Shown here: positions 1-9,929 of the stretch, one piece after another
How positions within the stretch are numbered: the first letter of the stretch is position 1
How the letters are laid out: each line of letters opens with the position of its first letter
Source: Nitrospirota bacterium
GTDB lineage: Bacteria; Nitrospirota; Nitrospiria; 2-01-FULL-66-17
Direction: 5' to 3'
Assembly (NCBI GenBank): GCA_049325335.1
Contig: JBMOMC010000001.1
Span: forward strand, 192,001 to 256,000
Length of the DNA stretch: 64,000 nucleotides
Program-made: the position numbers and the translations under genes
Notes under the pieces: model-generated
The model's database searches: none
The model's input: only the letters and a program-made list of their open reading frames with translations
Told to the model about the DNA's origin: nothing

Positions 1-2035
1 CGCCCCGGTACTGAATGACGTCCCGGCCCGCCGCATGTTCGATCCGGTCGGCCGCGAACTCCTCCAGCCGTGCCACCTCGGCCAGCGGCACCGCAAACCG
101 GTCGCGTCCGGACAAAGAAAACGTCAACACGGTTTGCCGTTCGGTTCCGTTGCCGGTTTTGACTTCGTCGCCGCCTTTGACCTCGTGTTTGTCCTCGCCG
201 CGTTGCAGAAGCTTGCCCTCCCTGGCGATCCCCATCACGTCCAGAATCAACGCCACTTTCCCGTCGCCGAGAATGGTGGCCCCCGCGAACACCGACAACC
301 CTTTGAGTTGCGCGTCGAGCGGCTTGACCACGATTTCTTCGCTATCGTTGACTTCGTCCACCACCAAACCGAACGACCGCCCGCCCGTGCCCAATACGAC
401 GATATTGGTCTCGCGCAGCTCGGCGTGGCGTTCGCCCTCCGCGGGCGCGGCCCGACGCGGCAGTCGAAAGAGGTGATCCAGGCGCACCAACGGCAGCAAG
501 GCGCCGCGCAGCCGGAAGAATTCGGCGCCGCGGATTTCTTCGATCCGCTCGCCCGCGTCCTCGTCCACGCCCACCAGCTCCTGCAAACTGGCCTGTGGGA
601 TCGCGAACCGTTCACCCGCCGCGGTGACCATCAACGCCGGCACGATCGCCAGGGTCAGCGGAATCTTGATCTTGAACGTGGTGCCCTGTTTGAGCCAACT
701 GGTGATCTCGATCGCGCCGCCGATTTTTTCGATGTTGGTCTTGACCACGTCCATGCCCACGCCGCGGCCCGACACATTGGTCACCTTTTCGGCGGTGGAC
801 AATCCGGCGTGGAAAATCAAACTCATGGCCTCGCGTTCGGACAGGTGGTTGGCCGTGTCCTGCGAGATCAGGCCCTTTTCCACGGCCTTGCGTTTGACCT
901 TCTCCACGTCGATGCCGCCCCCGTCGTCCGTGATTTCAATGGTGATTTGCCCGCCCTCGTGGGAGGCTTTCATGTGCAGGATGCCCTTGGCCGCCTTGCC
1001 CCGGCCCTCCCGCACCGCCGGCGTTTCGATCCCGTGGTCCACCGAGTTGCGCACAATGTGCGTCAGCGGATCCTTGATCGCCTCGAGCAACGTGCGATCC
1101 AGCTCGGTTTCCGCGCCCTCCATCACCAGCTCGATCTCCTTGCCGCTCGTCCGGGCCAAATCCCGCACCACGCGGGGGAATTTTTCCCACACGTTCCGGA
1201 TGGGCTGCATGCGGGTCTTCATCACCGCGTCCTGCAGCTCGGTGGTGATCAGGTTCACGCGCTGGGCCGTGACGATCCCCGCGGCGTCTTCCTGTTCGCG
1301 CACGCGTTGGAGCAATTGATTGCGGGCCAGCACCAGCTCTCCGACCAGGTTCATCAGCCTGTCCAACAGGCCCACGTCCACCCGGATCGAGGACTCACTC
1401 GCGTGGAGTCCTTTGTTTGGGCCGGCCGCGCTCGGGTGCTCGGATCCCTGGCCGTCGCCCTCCTTGGCTTTGGCCTCTTCCTCATGTTTGGACACGGTGG
1501 TGGTTGCCGGAGGCGCGGCGGGCACGGGCACGGCCGGCGGTTCAGGGCTCGGCGCGGGTGTCACCGGAGTGGTCGCTGCGGCGGCCGGCTCGGGGGGCGT
1601 CGCCAGCGGGGTCGGAAGGGCCGGTGGGGCGGGCGCCGGCGCGGCCGCGCCGGACGCCAACACCGCGTCCAAGGTTTGGCGAACCTCGCCGTACTCCTTG
1701 GCCGGTTCCTTGCCGGTTCCTTCCAATGTTTCCAGGATTTCTTTGATGACGTCCACCGCCCCCAGCAGCACGGTGATGCGTTCGGGGGTGACCGAGAGTT
1801 TGCGGTCGCGCATTTTCGCGAGCACGTTCTCCGCGCCATGCGCCACGTTTTCGAGTTTGGGCAGTCCGAGGAACCCGCACGTGCCTTTGATCGTGTGAAT
1901 CGTGCGGAAAATACTGGCTAATAGGCTCGTGCTGTCGGGGTCCGCTTCGAGCGCGACGAACTCCTGATCCAGGCGCCCCACGCCTTCGGCGCACTCAACA
2001 AGAAATTCCTTGAGGATACTCTCGTCTTGATCCAT
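1..2035 (-). CDS. cheA: Chemotaxis histidine kinase CheA (3' end runs off the window start)
   Basis: Absent from the ORF track; my minus-strand translation from ATG 2035 gives MDQDESILKEFLVECAEGVGRLDQEFVALE...SIFRTIHTIKGTCGFLG (Hpt His box), followed by dimerisation, HATPase (GRGVGMDVV) and CheW-like segments. Confidence 0.95.
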   Translation of the reverse strand, partial: MDQDESILKEFLVECAEGVGRLDQEFVALEADPDSTSLLASIFRTIHTIKGTCGFLGLPKLENVAHGAENVLAKMRDRKLSVTPERITVLLGAVDVIKEILETLEGTGKEPAKEYGEVRQTLDAVLASGAAAPAPAPPALPTPLATPPEPAAAATTPVTPAPSPEPPAVPVPAAPPATTTVSKHEEEAKAKEGDGQGSEHPSAAGPNKGLHASESSIRVDVGLLDRLMNLVGELVLARNQLLQRVREQEDAAGIVTAQRVNLITTELQDAVMKTRMQPIRNVWEKFPRVVRDLARTSGKEIELVMEGAETELDRTLLEAIKDPLTHIVRNSVDHGIETPAVREGRGKAAKGILHMKASHEGGQITIEITDDGGGIDVEKVKRKAVEKGLISQDTANHLSEREAMSLIFHAGLSTAEKVTNVSGRGVGMDVVKTNIEKIGGAIEITSWLKQGTTFKIKIPLTLAIVPALMVTAAGERFAIPQASLQELVGVDEDAGERIEEIRGAEFFRLRGALLPLVRLDHLFRLPRRAAPAEGERHAELRETNIVVLGTGGRSFGLVVDEVNDSEEIVVKPLDAQLKGLSVFAGATILGDGKVALILDVMGIAREGKLLQRGEDKHEVKGGDEVKTGNGTERQTVLTFSLSGRDRFAVPLAEVARLEEFAADRIEHAAGRDVIQYRG

Positions 2036-2068
2036 GGTTCGCTCCGTGCTCAGATCGGCCCTGTTCCT

Positions 2069-2096
2069 GAATCGGCAGAGCCGACTCAAATCTTTA
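2069..2096 (-). promoter_or_regulatory. Putative sigma28 (FliA) promoter of cheA
   Basis: Minus strand TAAA-N16-GCCGATTC, about 33 nt upstream of the cheA ATG; close to consensus TAAA-N15/16-GCCGATAA. Confidence 0.7.
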
Positions 2097-3419
2097 GGCG
2101 GCCCGTGCTGAGCGGATGTACACGTCCTCCCCCACCGGATCCAGTTGGTGAAACGACAGAATCTTCTGGAGGTGAGCCGGAGTCAGCTTTGTCCCGCCGG
2201 CCATCAACAACACGCCCTTACTGGTCATCAGATCCCGCGCCAACACCATGCCTTCGGCCAGGTCGCCCACCCCGACGCGCACTTCGCCGGGTTGTCGACC
2301 CGTGTCGCGACCCGCTACCACCCGGAACAAGGCTTCCACCACCACCGGATCGAAGCGCGAACCAGATTCGCGGCTCATGCACGCCAGGGCCTTGGTCAGC
2401 GGTATCCGGTTGACCACCTCGGCAGGATTCGCCAGACCTTCAAAGAAATCACACGCAGCCACCACCCGCGACGCCAGCGGAATATCATCGCCCGTGAGGC
2501 CGTCGGGGAATCCCCGACCGTCAAATCGCTCGTGGTGCGTCCGAATCACGACGGACACCGCCCGAAGCTGTTCAATGCCCTGGAGACTGGATTCCCCGAG
2601 AAAAGGATGTTTTTGCCAAAGGCTCCGGGCCAGATTGTCCATGTCGGTCTCGTGTTGCTTAAGGAGGTCATCCGGAAATCCGATCGCGCCGATATCCATC
2701 AGCAACGCCCCGATTTCACAATGGGACCGGTCCTCCTCGCTCAGGTTCATGTGCGCGGCAACTTGGGCCGCAAGCTCGGAGACCCGGCGGGCATGGCCGA
2801 CCAACGCGGGGCTCTTGAGTTCCATGATCCCCATAAACGCGCGGAGGGTCGCGGAAAAACTGACTTCCAGCCTGCGGTACAACACGGCAACATCGTGGTT
2901 CTTTTGCTCAAGCTCCGCGGTACGTTCCCGGACCTTGGCCTCCAACGCGCGTGTCGCCTCGAACATCTCCTGGTTCTGCTGCTTGACGAGGTCCGTGAGT
3001 TCACGGTTGAGCGCCATGACTTCGCACTGCCGAAGTGCCTGGCGGACCGTCAATCGCAAATCGTCGTCGTTCCAGGGCTTGGCGATGAACCGGTGGACCT
3101 CACACGCGTTGATGGCGTCCATCGCCGCTTGCATGTCCGCGTACCCGGAGAGCATCAAGCGAGCCGTCTGGGGCCGGAGTTGTTTGGCGCGCGCGAGGAA
3201 CACCGTCCCCGCCATCTCCGGCATCCGGTGATCGGAGATGATGAGGTCGATGGGCTGATTCTCAAGGAGCGCCAGGGCTTCGGCGGCGCTGGTCGTGGTG
3301 ACCACCTGGTAGGGTTCTTTTCGAAACACACGCTTGAGCGCGGAGAGGATGTTCTCTTCGTCATCCAGGCAGAGAATGGTGTGAGATTCGGTCAGTGCTG
3401 AATCGTCGCGTGGTTCCAT
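2094..3419 (-). CDS. Response regulator, REC + HD-GYP-type domain (RpfG-like, HD dyad altered)
   Basis: REC motifs LCLDDEE, ISDHRMP, FIAKPW; HD-GYP-like HHERFDGRGFPDGL; LLMDIG in place of LLHDIG. Confidence 0.9.
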   Translation of the reverse strand: MEPRDDSALTESHTILCLDDEENILSALKRVFRKEPYQVVTTTSAAEALALLENQPIDLIISDHRMPEMAGTVFLARAKQLRPQTARLMLSGYADMQAAMDAINACEVHRFIAKPWNDDDLRLTVRQALRQCEVMALNRELTDLVKQQNQEMFEATRALEAKVRERTAELEQKNHDVAVLYRRLEVSFSATLRAFMGIMELKSPALVGHARRVSELAAQVAAHMNLSEEDRSHCEIGALLMDIGAIGFPDDLLKQHETDMDNLARSLWQKHPFLGESSLQGIEQLRAVSVVIRTHHERFDGRGFPDGLTGDDIPLASRVVAACDFFEGLANPAEVVNRIPLTKALACMSRESGSRFDPVVVEALFRVVAGRDTGRQPGEVRVGVGDLAEGMVLARDLMTSKGVLLMAGGTKLTPAHLQKILSFHQLDPVGEDVYIRSARAA

Positions 3420-3471
3420 CGTACGCTCCTAGCCGTTGCCCTCTGGGTAACCCTGTTCCGCCCTACCATCT

Positions 3472-5634
3472 TCATGCCGCCTGCACTCCCGGTTGGACGT
3501 CACTAGAAGCCGGTTTGGCGCCTCCCACCGGCAAGACCACGCGAAACCGCGTGCCTCGGCCTGGTTGGCTTTCTACCTCGATCGTGCCGCCGTGGTTGTG
3601 AACAATGCCGTACGAGATCGACAGACCTAACCCCGTACCCTTGCCCACGGGTTTGGTCGTAAAAAATGGGTCAAAAATCTTCTTGAGGTGCTCCGGAGCG
3701 ATTCCACTCCCGGTATCCTCCACCTCCGCCACCACGGACTGGGCTTGCACAAAGGTCCGGACCCAAATCGTTCCCTTGTCCTTGATCGCTTGCGCCGCGT
3801 TGACCAGCAGATTGACAAACACCTGATTGAGTTGCTGCGGATACCCCAGAATTTCAGGAATATCGCCCATCTCCTTGATAATGTCGGCCTTGTATTTCAA
3901 CTCGTTCCAAACAATCGCGAGCGTGCTCTCGATCCCTTGGTTAATGTTGACCCATGCCTGTTCCTGGCGGTCGACATGAGAAAACGTCTTGAGATTCTGC
4001 ACGATCTGGCGCACCCGATCGAGACCCTCGGAGGACTGCTGTACCAGCGTGGAGAGATCCTCCAGTAAGAACCCCATGTCGACTCGCTTGACCAGCTCGC
4101 GCGTCCGCTTGGCCTCGAGTGCGGCGGCCTCCATGCTCCCGGTTTCAACCGCCGCCAACAGGGTTTCATAGCCGCCGATCACCTGCACCAGGTCCTCGGT
4201 ATACTCCGCCAGGGTCCGTAGGTTGCTGCTCACGTAGCCGATCGGGTTATTGATTTCATGCGCCACCCCGGCGGCCAACTGCCCGATCGACGCCATTTTC
4301 TCGGACTGCAGGAGATGCCCCTGGGCTTCCTTGAGTTCCGCGTAGGCCTGTTGCAGCGCCTCCTCCGACTGCTTTCGCGCCGTGATGTCCTCGGCGATCC
4401 CGGTGATCCGATACACGTGTCCGTGTTCGTCCCGAATCGGGAAGGCCCGATCCAGAATCCAGCGCACCTCCCCGGTAGGCCGCACGATCCGATACTCTTC
4501 GTGGTACGCCCCGGTCACCTGTTTGGTCGTGGCCGCCTCCAACACCCGGGACCGATCCTCCGGATGAATGGCGTCGACCCATGCCTGCGGTGAGGCTAGG
4601 AGGATGTCGCGCGGACGACCCCAAATACCGTCGCAGGTCGGACTGATGTAGAGTATTTGGTTCGTGGTGGTGTCGGTCATCCAAAACACGGCATGGATAC
4701 TTTCCGTGACCTGGCGGAACCGCTCTTCGCTTTCCTGGAGTTGCTCTAAGGCCCGCCGGTGCTCCGTAATGTCGTCGACCGTCAACAGCATCCGCGCGGC
4801 GTCATCCTCGGTGCGCTCGATCGCGGTCCCAACCACGCGCAGGACGCGCACATCACCGGCACGGTTGTACGGCATGACCACGTCGCGTTGGGCGCCCACA
4901 GCCCCCAACAACTCCGCCAGGACGTCCCACCAATGCACGCCCGGCAACACCTCTTCCAGCGGTCGGCCTCGCAAATCCTCGTGAGTCCGCCCGATGATGT
5001 CGCGGACCTTGCGATTGGATGAGAGCACCAGGAGGTCGGCCGACAGCACGAACGTGCCGATCGGCACGCTGGCCATGACCTTCTCGATCGCTCGTTTGAG
5101 TTTCTCAACGGTTTGCAGTTTCGCGTAGACATACGTGTCGACCCCAATTCCCAGGTCCAGCAACACCACCTTCATGAAGGCGCCGAACGCGTCCACCGAC
5201 ATGCCGGGTGCCGGCTCGCGCGCCGACACCTCCTGGAGCAGGCTGGAGAGATATTTGGCGTACGCGCCGATGGAATACTTGGGCGCCAGGCCGAGACTCT
5301 GATGGACCAGGCCGATACGGATCCGATCCTCGACGTACGCCTGGTCATACTCCCCGGACGTGAGGCTGTCAAAATACGCGGCCTGCGCCTGCTGGACCCG
5401 CGCGAGCAACGCAGGATCGGTCAAAAACCGCGCCGTATCCTCAAAGGCCAGCAGGTGTCCGTAAAACGGCTCCAGGAGGCGCGGCGAGGCGGCTGCCAGG
5501 TGCGGCCGCAGGTTCCGTAACGTCTCAATCTCGTTGGGCCCGAGTTCCAGGAAGGCCTTACGGCTCGCGAGCTCGGCGGCATCGAGCCCGATCCCCTTGG
5601 CAATGGATTTGACTAGCTGATCTAACAGCCCCAT
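3472..5634 (-). CDS. Globin-coupled sensor histidine kinase (protoglobin-PAS-PAS-HisKA-HATPase)
   Basis: Sensor-globin motifs PFYGHL and [19 protein letters not shown] ([20 protein letters not shown]); H-box [11 protein letters not shown]-box GKGTGLGL. Confidence 0.9.
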   Translation of the reverse strand: MGLLDQLVKSIAKGIGLDAAELASRKAFLELGPNEIETLRNLRPHLAAASPRLLEPFYGHLLAFEDTARFLTDPALLARVQQAQAAYFDSLTSGEYDQAYVEDRIRIGLVHQSLGLAPKYSIGAYAKYLSSLLQEVSAREPAPGMSVDAFGAFMKVVLLDLGIGVDTYVYAKLQTVEKLKRAIEKVMASVPIGTFVLSADLLVLSSNRKVRDIIGRTHEDLRGRPLEEVLPGVHWWDVLAELLGAVGAQRDVVMPYNRAGDVRVLRVVGTAIERTEDDAARMLLTVDDITEHRRALEQLQESEERFRQVTESIHAVFWMTDTTTNQILYISPTCDGIWGRPRDILLASPQAWVDAIHPEDRSRVLEAATTKQVTGAYHEEYRIVRPTGEVRWILDRAFPIRDEHGHVYRITGIAEDITARKQSEEALQQAYAELKEAQGHLLQSEKMASIGQLAAGVAHEINNPIGYVSSNLRTLAEYTEDLVQVIGGYETLLAAVETGSMEAAALEAKRTRELVKRVDMGFLLEDLSTLVQQSSEGLDRVRQIVQNLKTFSHVDRQEQAWVNINQGIESTLAIVWNELKYKADIIKEMGDIPEILGYPQQLNQVFVNLLVNAAQAIKDKGTIWVRTFVQAQSVVAEVEDTGSGIAPEHLKKIFDPFFTTKPVGKGTGLGLSISYGIVHNHGGTIEVESQPGRGTRFRVVLPVGGAKPASSDVQPGVQAA

Positions 5635-5655
5635 CTCACGTTCTCATCGGCCTCG

Positions 5656-7002
5656 TTACGCCGCGACATCCCGGCTGTGCGGGCCGGGCTGCTCGTCGTC
5701 GATCGGACTCCGTATCGGGAGCAGGACTCGAAAGCGCGTACCCCGACCGACGGCGCTTTCCACCTCGATCTTCCCGCCGTGCTGCTGGACGATGCCGTAC
5801 GATATCGACAAACCGAGCCCCGTACCCTTGCCCACCGGCTTGGTCGTGAAAAACGGGTCGAAGATCTTATCGAGGTGTTCCTGCGAGATCCCGCTGCCGG
5901 TATCCTCGACTTCCACGACCACGTGATCGCCCCTCACCGCCGTTCGTACCCACACGGTCCCTCTGCTCGTCATGGCCTGCGTGGCGTTTACCAACAGGTT
6001 CAAAAAGACTTGGTTCAACTGCTGCGGATGCCCTTGAATCGCTGGAAGAGGCTGCAATTCCTTGACCACCTCGGCTTTGTACTTCAATTCATTCCACGCA
6101 ATAGCCAGGGTGTTTTCGATGCCTCCGTTGATGTCCACTGACGTCAGGCCCGGTTGATCCACCCGCGAAAAATCTTTCAGGTTTTGGACGATCTGGCGGA
6201 CACGCTCGATGCCCTCCTCCGACTGCATTGTCAATTGTTTGAGATCCTCGACCAAACGCCGGGCATCCATTTGATTCCCCAGGGCTCGCCCCCGCTCCGC
6301 TTCGGCCTGGACCGCGGTCGCGTCGCCCCCAGCCACCGCCCCGAGCAACGCCTCGTATCCCGCGACTAATTGGAGCAGGTCCCCTGCGTACTCGCCGAGC
6401 ACGCGCAGGTTGGTGCCGACGAACCCGATCGGGTTATTGATCTCGTGCGCCACCCCCGCCGCCAACTGCCCCAACGAGGACAGTTTCTCCGCCTGGATCA
6501 ATTGCGCCTGGGCCATTTTGAGATCGTGATAGGCGCGCTCCGCCTCCGCCTTCGCAGCCAGCAGTTCCGATGTGCGGGCAGAGACCTTCTCTTCCAACTC
6601 GTGGACCAGGCTCCAGGCCCTGCGTATATCGCGGACAACGCCCACAATGCCACGGATGCGACGCCCGTTGTCCCGGAGTACGACGCCGTAAAAGGCGGCC
6701 CGAATGCGCTCTCCCGCCCGCGTGAGGAGGAGGACATCGCAGTGGCCCGAGTCGCCCCCGTCCGTTAGGACACCGAGGGCACGCGCGAACTCCGAGCGTT
6801 CGTCGTCGACTATGACCCCGGCCGGTCGGCCCGCCAGGTCCGACCGCGCGTACCCTAACAGTTCCTCGCCGGAATGATTGATGAACTGGATGCGGGCCTC
6901 GCTGTCCAACACCATCACCACGTCGGTCACATTGTCCATCACGCCCGCCACGAGCGCTTCGTCGTACGGAAAATATTTAAGGAGGGCGCATCCGTCGGTC
7001 AT
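5656..7002 (-). CDS. PAS-domain sensor histidine kinase
   Basis: N-terminal PAS, H-box [30 protein letters not shown]; start chosen at ATG 7002 behind GGAGG. Confidence 0.9.
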   Translation of the reverse strand: MTDGCALLKYFPYDEALVAGVMDNVTDVVMVLDSEARIQFINHSGEELLGYARSDLAGRPAGVIVDDERSEFARALGVLTDGGDSGHCDVLLLTRAGERIRAAFYGVVLRDNGRRIRGIVGVVRDIRRAWSLVHELEEKVSARTSELLAAKAEAERAYHDLKMAQAQLIQAEKLSSLGQLAAGVAHEINNPIGFVGTNLRVLGEYAGDLLQLVAGYEALLGAVAGGDATAVQAEAERGRALGNQMDARRLVEDLKQLTMQSEEGIERVRQIVQNLKDFSRVDQPGLTSVDINGGIENTLAIAWNELKYKAEVVKELQPLPAIQGHPQQLNQVFLNLLVNATQAMTSRGTVWVRTAVRGDHVVVEVEDTGSGISQEHLDKIFDPFFTTKPVGKGTGLGLSISYGIVQQHGGKIEVESAVGRGTRFRVLLPIRSPIDDEQPGPHSRDVAA

Positions 7003-7061
7003 GAGACCTCCATGTGACAATGGGGTTCCATGCCCGGGACAGCAGTCACCATCTCAACGAC

Positions 7062-7089
7062 TCATCGGCTGTCACGCTCGGGAACTTGA
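7062..7089 (-). promoter_or_regulatory. Putative sigma28 promoter for the kinase/regulator block
   Basis: Minus strand TCAA-N16-GCCGATGA just downstream of fliA; same spacing as the cheA site. Confidence 0.6.
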
Positions 7090-7112
7090 GGCGGTTCGCG
7101 GGTTCGACTGCG

Positions 7113-7853
7113 TTACGCGGCGTCACGGAACCCTCCGATCGCGCCCTGTAATCGATGAATCGCCTGCGCGTGCAGTTGGCAGACCCTCGATTCGGTGATC
7201 TTGAGCACCCGGCCGATTTCCTTCATGGTCAACTCTTCGACGTAGTACAACGAGACCACGAGCCGTTCCTTGTTCGGCAGCGCGTCGATCGCCGCGAGCA
7301 CGCGGCGACGCGAGTCCTCGGCGATCAACACCCGCAGCGGATCGGCCGCCTGAGGGTCGGCCACCGACTCCAGCGGGTCGCGGTCTTCCTCTCCCAGCGC
7401 GCCGAGGTCGTCGAGGCTCAACAGCGCCACCGAGCAGGCCTGCGCGGTAAACAGGGCGAATTGTTTGGCGTCCATGCCCAACGCGGCCGCGGTTTCCTCG
7501 TCGGTGGGCGGACGGCCCAGTCGCTTCTCCAGTGCGTCGTTCGTTTTGTGGAGCAGGCCCACTTTTTCGCGCACCGAACGCGGCACCCACGCCAGGGACC
7601 GGATCTCGTCCAACATGGCGCCCCGAATGCGCACTTCCGCGTAGGTCTTGAACTTGACCTCTTTGGTGGGGTCGAACTTGTCGATCGCGTCCATCAACCC
7701 GATCACCCCGACGTGGATGAGATCGTTGATATCCAGATACGGCGGCAGGCGAAATGAGAGTCGCTCCGCCAAAAATCGAATGACCGGCGTGAACTCGGCG
7801 ACCACCCGGTCCACGTCGGTGGACGTCCCGTACGGCGCGCCGGGGCCGATCAC
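7113..7853 (-). CDS. fliA: Flagellar sigma factor FliA (sigma28)
   Basis: DLIHVGVIGLMDAIDKFDP, FKTYAEVRIRGAMLDEIR, WVPRSVR, ITESRVCQLH; GTG start overlapping the flhG stop. Confidence 0.95.
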   Translation of the reverse strand: MIGPGAPYGTSTDVDRVVAEFTPVIRFLAERLSFRLPPYLDINDLIHVGVIGLMDAIDKFDPTKEVKFKTYAEVRIRGAMLDEIRSLAWVPRSVREKVGLLHKTNDALEKRLGRPPTDEETAAALGMDAKQFALFTAQACSVALLSLDDLGALGEEDRDPLESVADPQAADPLRVLIAEDSRRRVLAAIDALPNKERLVVSLYYVEELTMKEIGRVLKITESRVCQLHAQAIHRLQGAIGGFRDAA

Positions 7854-8692
7854 CGCGCGGGTCCTGGTTCGATCGGCCTCATCTCGACGGTCCCGTCCCA
7901 CGACGCGACGCGATGGGCCAGACTCAGAAACGCCAGGCTGGACGGCGCGTGGGGCGAGACGTCCACCACCGCGCGCTGGCGACCCACGGCCTTGCGCAGG
8001 GCCGCGTCGTCCGGAATCGCGCCCAGGTACTCGACGGTCACGCCCAAAAACCGTCCGGCCACTTCGCGCAGGGTGCGCGCGGTCTCGTGCGCCTCGTGTT
8101 CACTCCGCGCCATGTTGACCACAAGGGAAAAGCGGTGCTCCCCGTGCCGAGCCCGCAGCACCTTCATGAGCGCGTACGCGTCGGTGAGCGACGCGGGGTC
8201 GGGCGTGGCCACCACGACGATCGCCCGGGCCGCGGCGTTGAACGCGAGCACGTTCGACGAGATCCCGGCGCCGGTGTCGATCAACACCACGTCCGGCCCG
8301 TCGTCCGTCCGTTCGATCTGATCCAGCAGCGCATGGATCTGGGCCGACGAGGGGTCGCGGGGTCCGGTCCACCCCGACCCGGCCGGCAGGATCCTGACGC
8401 CCCGTGGCCCGTCCGTCACGACCTCGGCAAGCGTCTTGCGGCCATCGAACACGTCCTCCACGGTGTCGCGCGAGGACAGGCCCAACAACACGTCCACGTT
8501 CCCCAGCCCCAAATCCGCGTCCAGCACCAGGACGCGACGCCCCAGGTCCGCGAGCGCCACCGCGAGATTGGCGACCACGTTGGTCTTGCCCACCCCGCCC
8601 TTGCCGCTGGTCACCGCGACCACCGCCAGCGCGCGCGTGGTCGCGCCGCCGGGAGCGGCCGCCCACTTGCGAAGCGTGTGCGCCTGATCCAC
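7850..8692 (-). CDS. flhG: Flagellar number regulator FlhG/FleN (MinD-like ATPase)
   Basis: N-terminal DQAxxLR, TSGKGGVGKT, DADLGLGN; lies between flhF and fliA. Confidence 0.93.
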   Translation of the reverse strand: MDQAHTLRKWAAAPGGATTRALAVVAVTSGKGGVGKTNVVANLAVALADLGRRVLVLDADLGLGNVDVLLGLSSRDTVEDVFDGRKTLAEVVTDGPRGVRILPAGSGWTGPRDPSSAQIHALLDQIERTDDGPDVVLIDTGAGISSNVLAFNAAARAIVVVATPDPASLTDAYALMKVLRARHGEHRFSLVVNMARSEHEAHETARTLREVAGRFLGVTVEYLGAIPDDAALRKAVGRQRAVVDVSPHAPSSLAFLSLAHRVASWDGTVEMRPIEPGPAR

Positions 8693-8705
8693 GGGTCCCG
8701 TCCGC

Positions 8706-9929
8706 TCAGTTCGTTCCGAACACCAATTCCGCCACCCGGTGCGGCGTCGCGGTCTCGATGTCCTCGGGCACGCGTTGGCCCGTGGTCAGGTACGAGACCG
8801 GTTTTCGCGTCTTCTTGATGGTGGACACCAGGGCCCCGTAGGTCTGGGTCTCGTCGGTCTTGGAAATGAGCAGGCGGTCGATCGGAATGACGGAGAACCG
8901 ATCCACGATCGCGTCCAACTCCGACTCCTTGGTATTGGCTGCCACCACCAGATGGGTTTCCACCGGAACCCCCACCCGGGTGAGGTCCTTGAGTTCGTCC
9001 AATTGGGCGCCGCCCAAGTGGCTGCGCCCCGCGGTATCCACCAGCACCACGTCGCCGGGCGATCGGCGCGCCACGATGTCGCGCAGCTCGCGGCCCGACG
9101 CGGCCACTTCCACCGGCACGCCGATGATCTTGGCGTAAATTTTGAGCTGTTCGACCGCGCCGATGCGGTAGGTGTCCAGCGTGGCCAGGGTGACGCGGCC
9201 GTGATCGCGGAACTGATGCGCCGCCAGCTTCGCGATGGTGGTGGTTTTGCCCACCCCGGTGGGGCCCACCAGGGCGACCACCTTGGGACGGGTCCCGCCG
9301 CACTCCACCGGTCCCGCCGTCTCCACCATGCCCTGCACCAGCTCGAACAGGCACGCGCGCACCGCGTCGCGATGCCACAAGGCGTCCGCCGAGAGTTTCT
9401 GTTTGACCGCGCGGAGCAACCCCACCACGCTGTCTTGATCCAGCCCGCCCTCGCGCAGCCGATCCACCAGGCTCGTCAACGGCTCGGGCGCGCCCTGCCG
9501 CTCGCAGACTTCCTGCGCGGTCAACATCACGCCCAGCACGCCTTTCATGTCGATCCAGGTCTCTTGAATCCCGGCCATCTGCCGCAAGGGCCCGAAGGTC
9601 AGCGACCCGTGCAACGCGCTCACCGCCTCGCGGATCGCGCGCAGTTCTTTGTGCACCGCGCCGACGTCAGATGCCGGCGGCTCGGGCTGTTGCGCGGCGT
9701 ACAACGCGGACGCGAATTCCGGAGCCGGCGCCTCCACGGTCGTCGCGGTCACGGCGGGACGATCCACCGCGGCGGTCACTTCGACCATGGGCCGCCCGAA
9801 CACGCCGAACACGCCCTTGTCCTTGCGGATTTCCTTGGTGGAGAGAATGATGGCGTCCGGACCCAGATCTTCTTTGATGGCGCGGAGCGCGTCGGAGACG
9901 TTCAACGCTTCGTATTTTTTAATGTGCAT
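8706..9929 (-). CDS. flhF: Flagellar biosynthesis GTPase FlhF
   Basis: GPTGVGKTTTIAKLAA, DTYRIGAVEQL, DTAGRS, GQRVPEDI. Confidence 0.96.
   Translation of the reverse strand: MHIKKYEALNVSDALRAIKEDLGPDAIILSTKEIRKDKGVFGVFGRPMVEVTAAVDRPAVTATTVEAPAPEFASALYAAQQPEPPASDVGAVHKELRAIREAVSALHGSLTFGPLRQMAGIQETWIDMKGVLGVMLTAQEVCERQGAPEPLTSLVDRLREGGLDQDSVVGLLRAVKQKLSADALWHRDAVRACLFELVQGMVETAGPVECGGTRPKVVALVGPTGVGKTTTIAKLAAHQFRDHGRVTLATLDTYRIGAVEQLKIYAKIIGVPVEVAASGRELRDIVARRSPGDVVLVDTAGRSHLGGAQLDELKDLTRVGVPVETHLVVAANTKESELDAIVDRFSVIPIDRLLISKTDETQTYGALVSTIKKTRKPVSYLTTGQRVPEDIETATPHRVAELVFGTN

Noticed and set aside
35..1921. 628-aa plus-strand ORF and many similar long antisense ORFs (e.g. 8739-10085, 12207-13997, 28474-29952)
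   Set aside because: Shadow frames of well-recognised genes on the opposite strand in high-GC DNA; no motifs of their own
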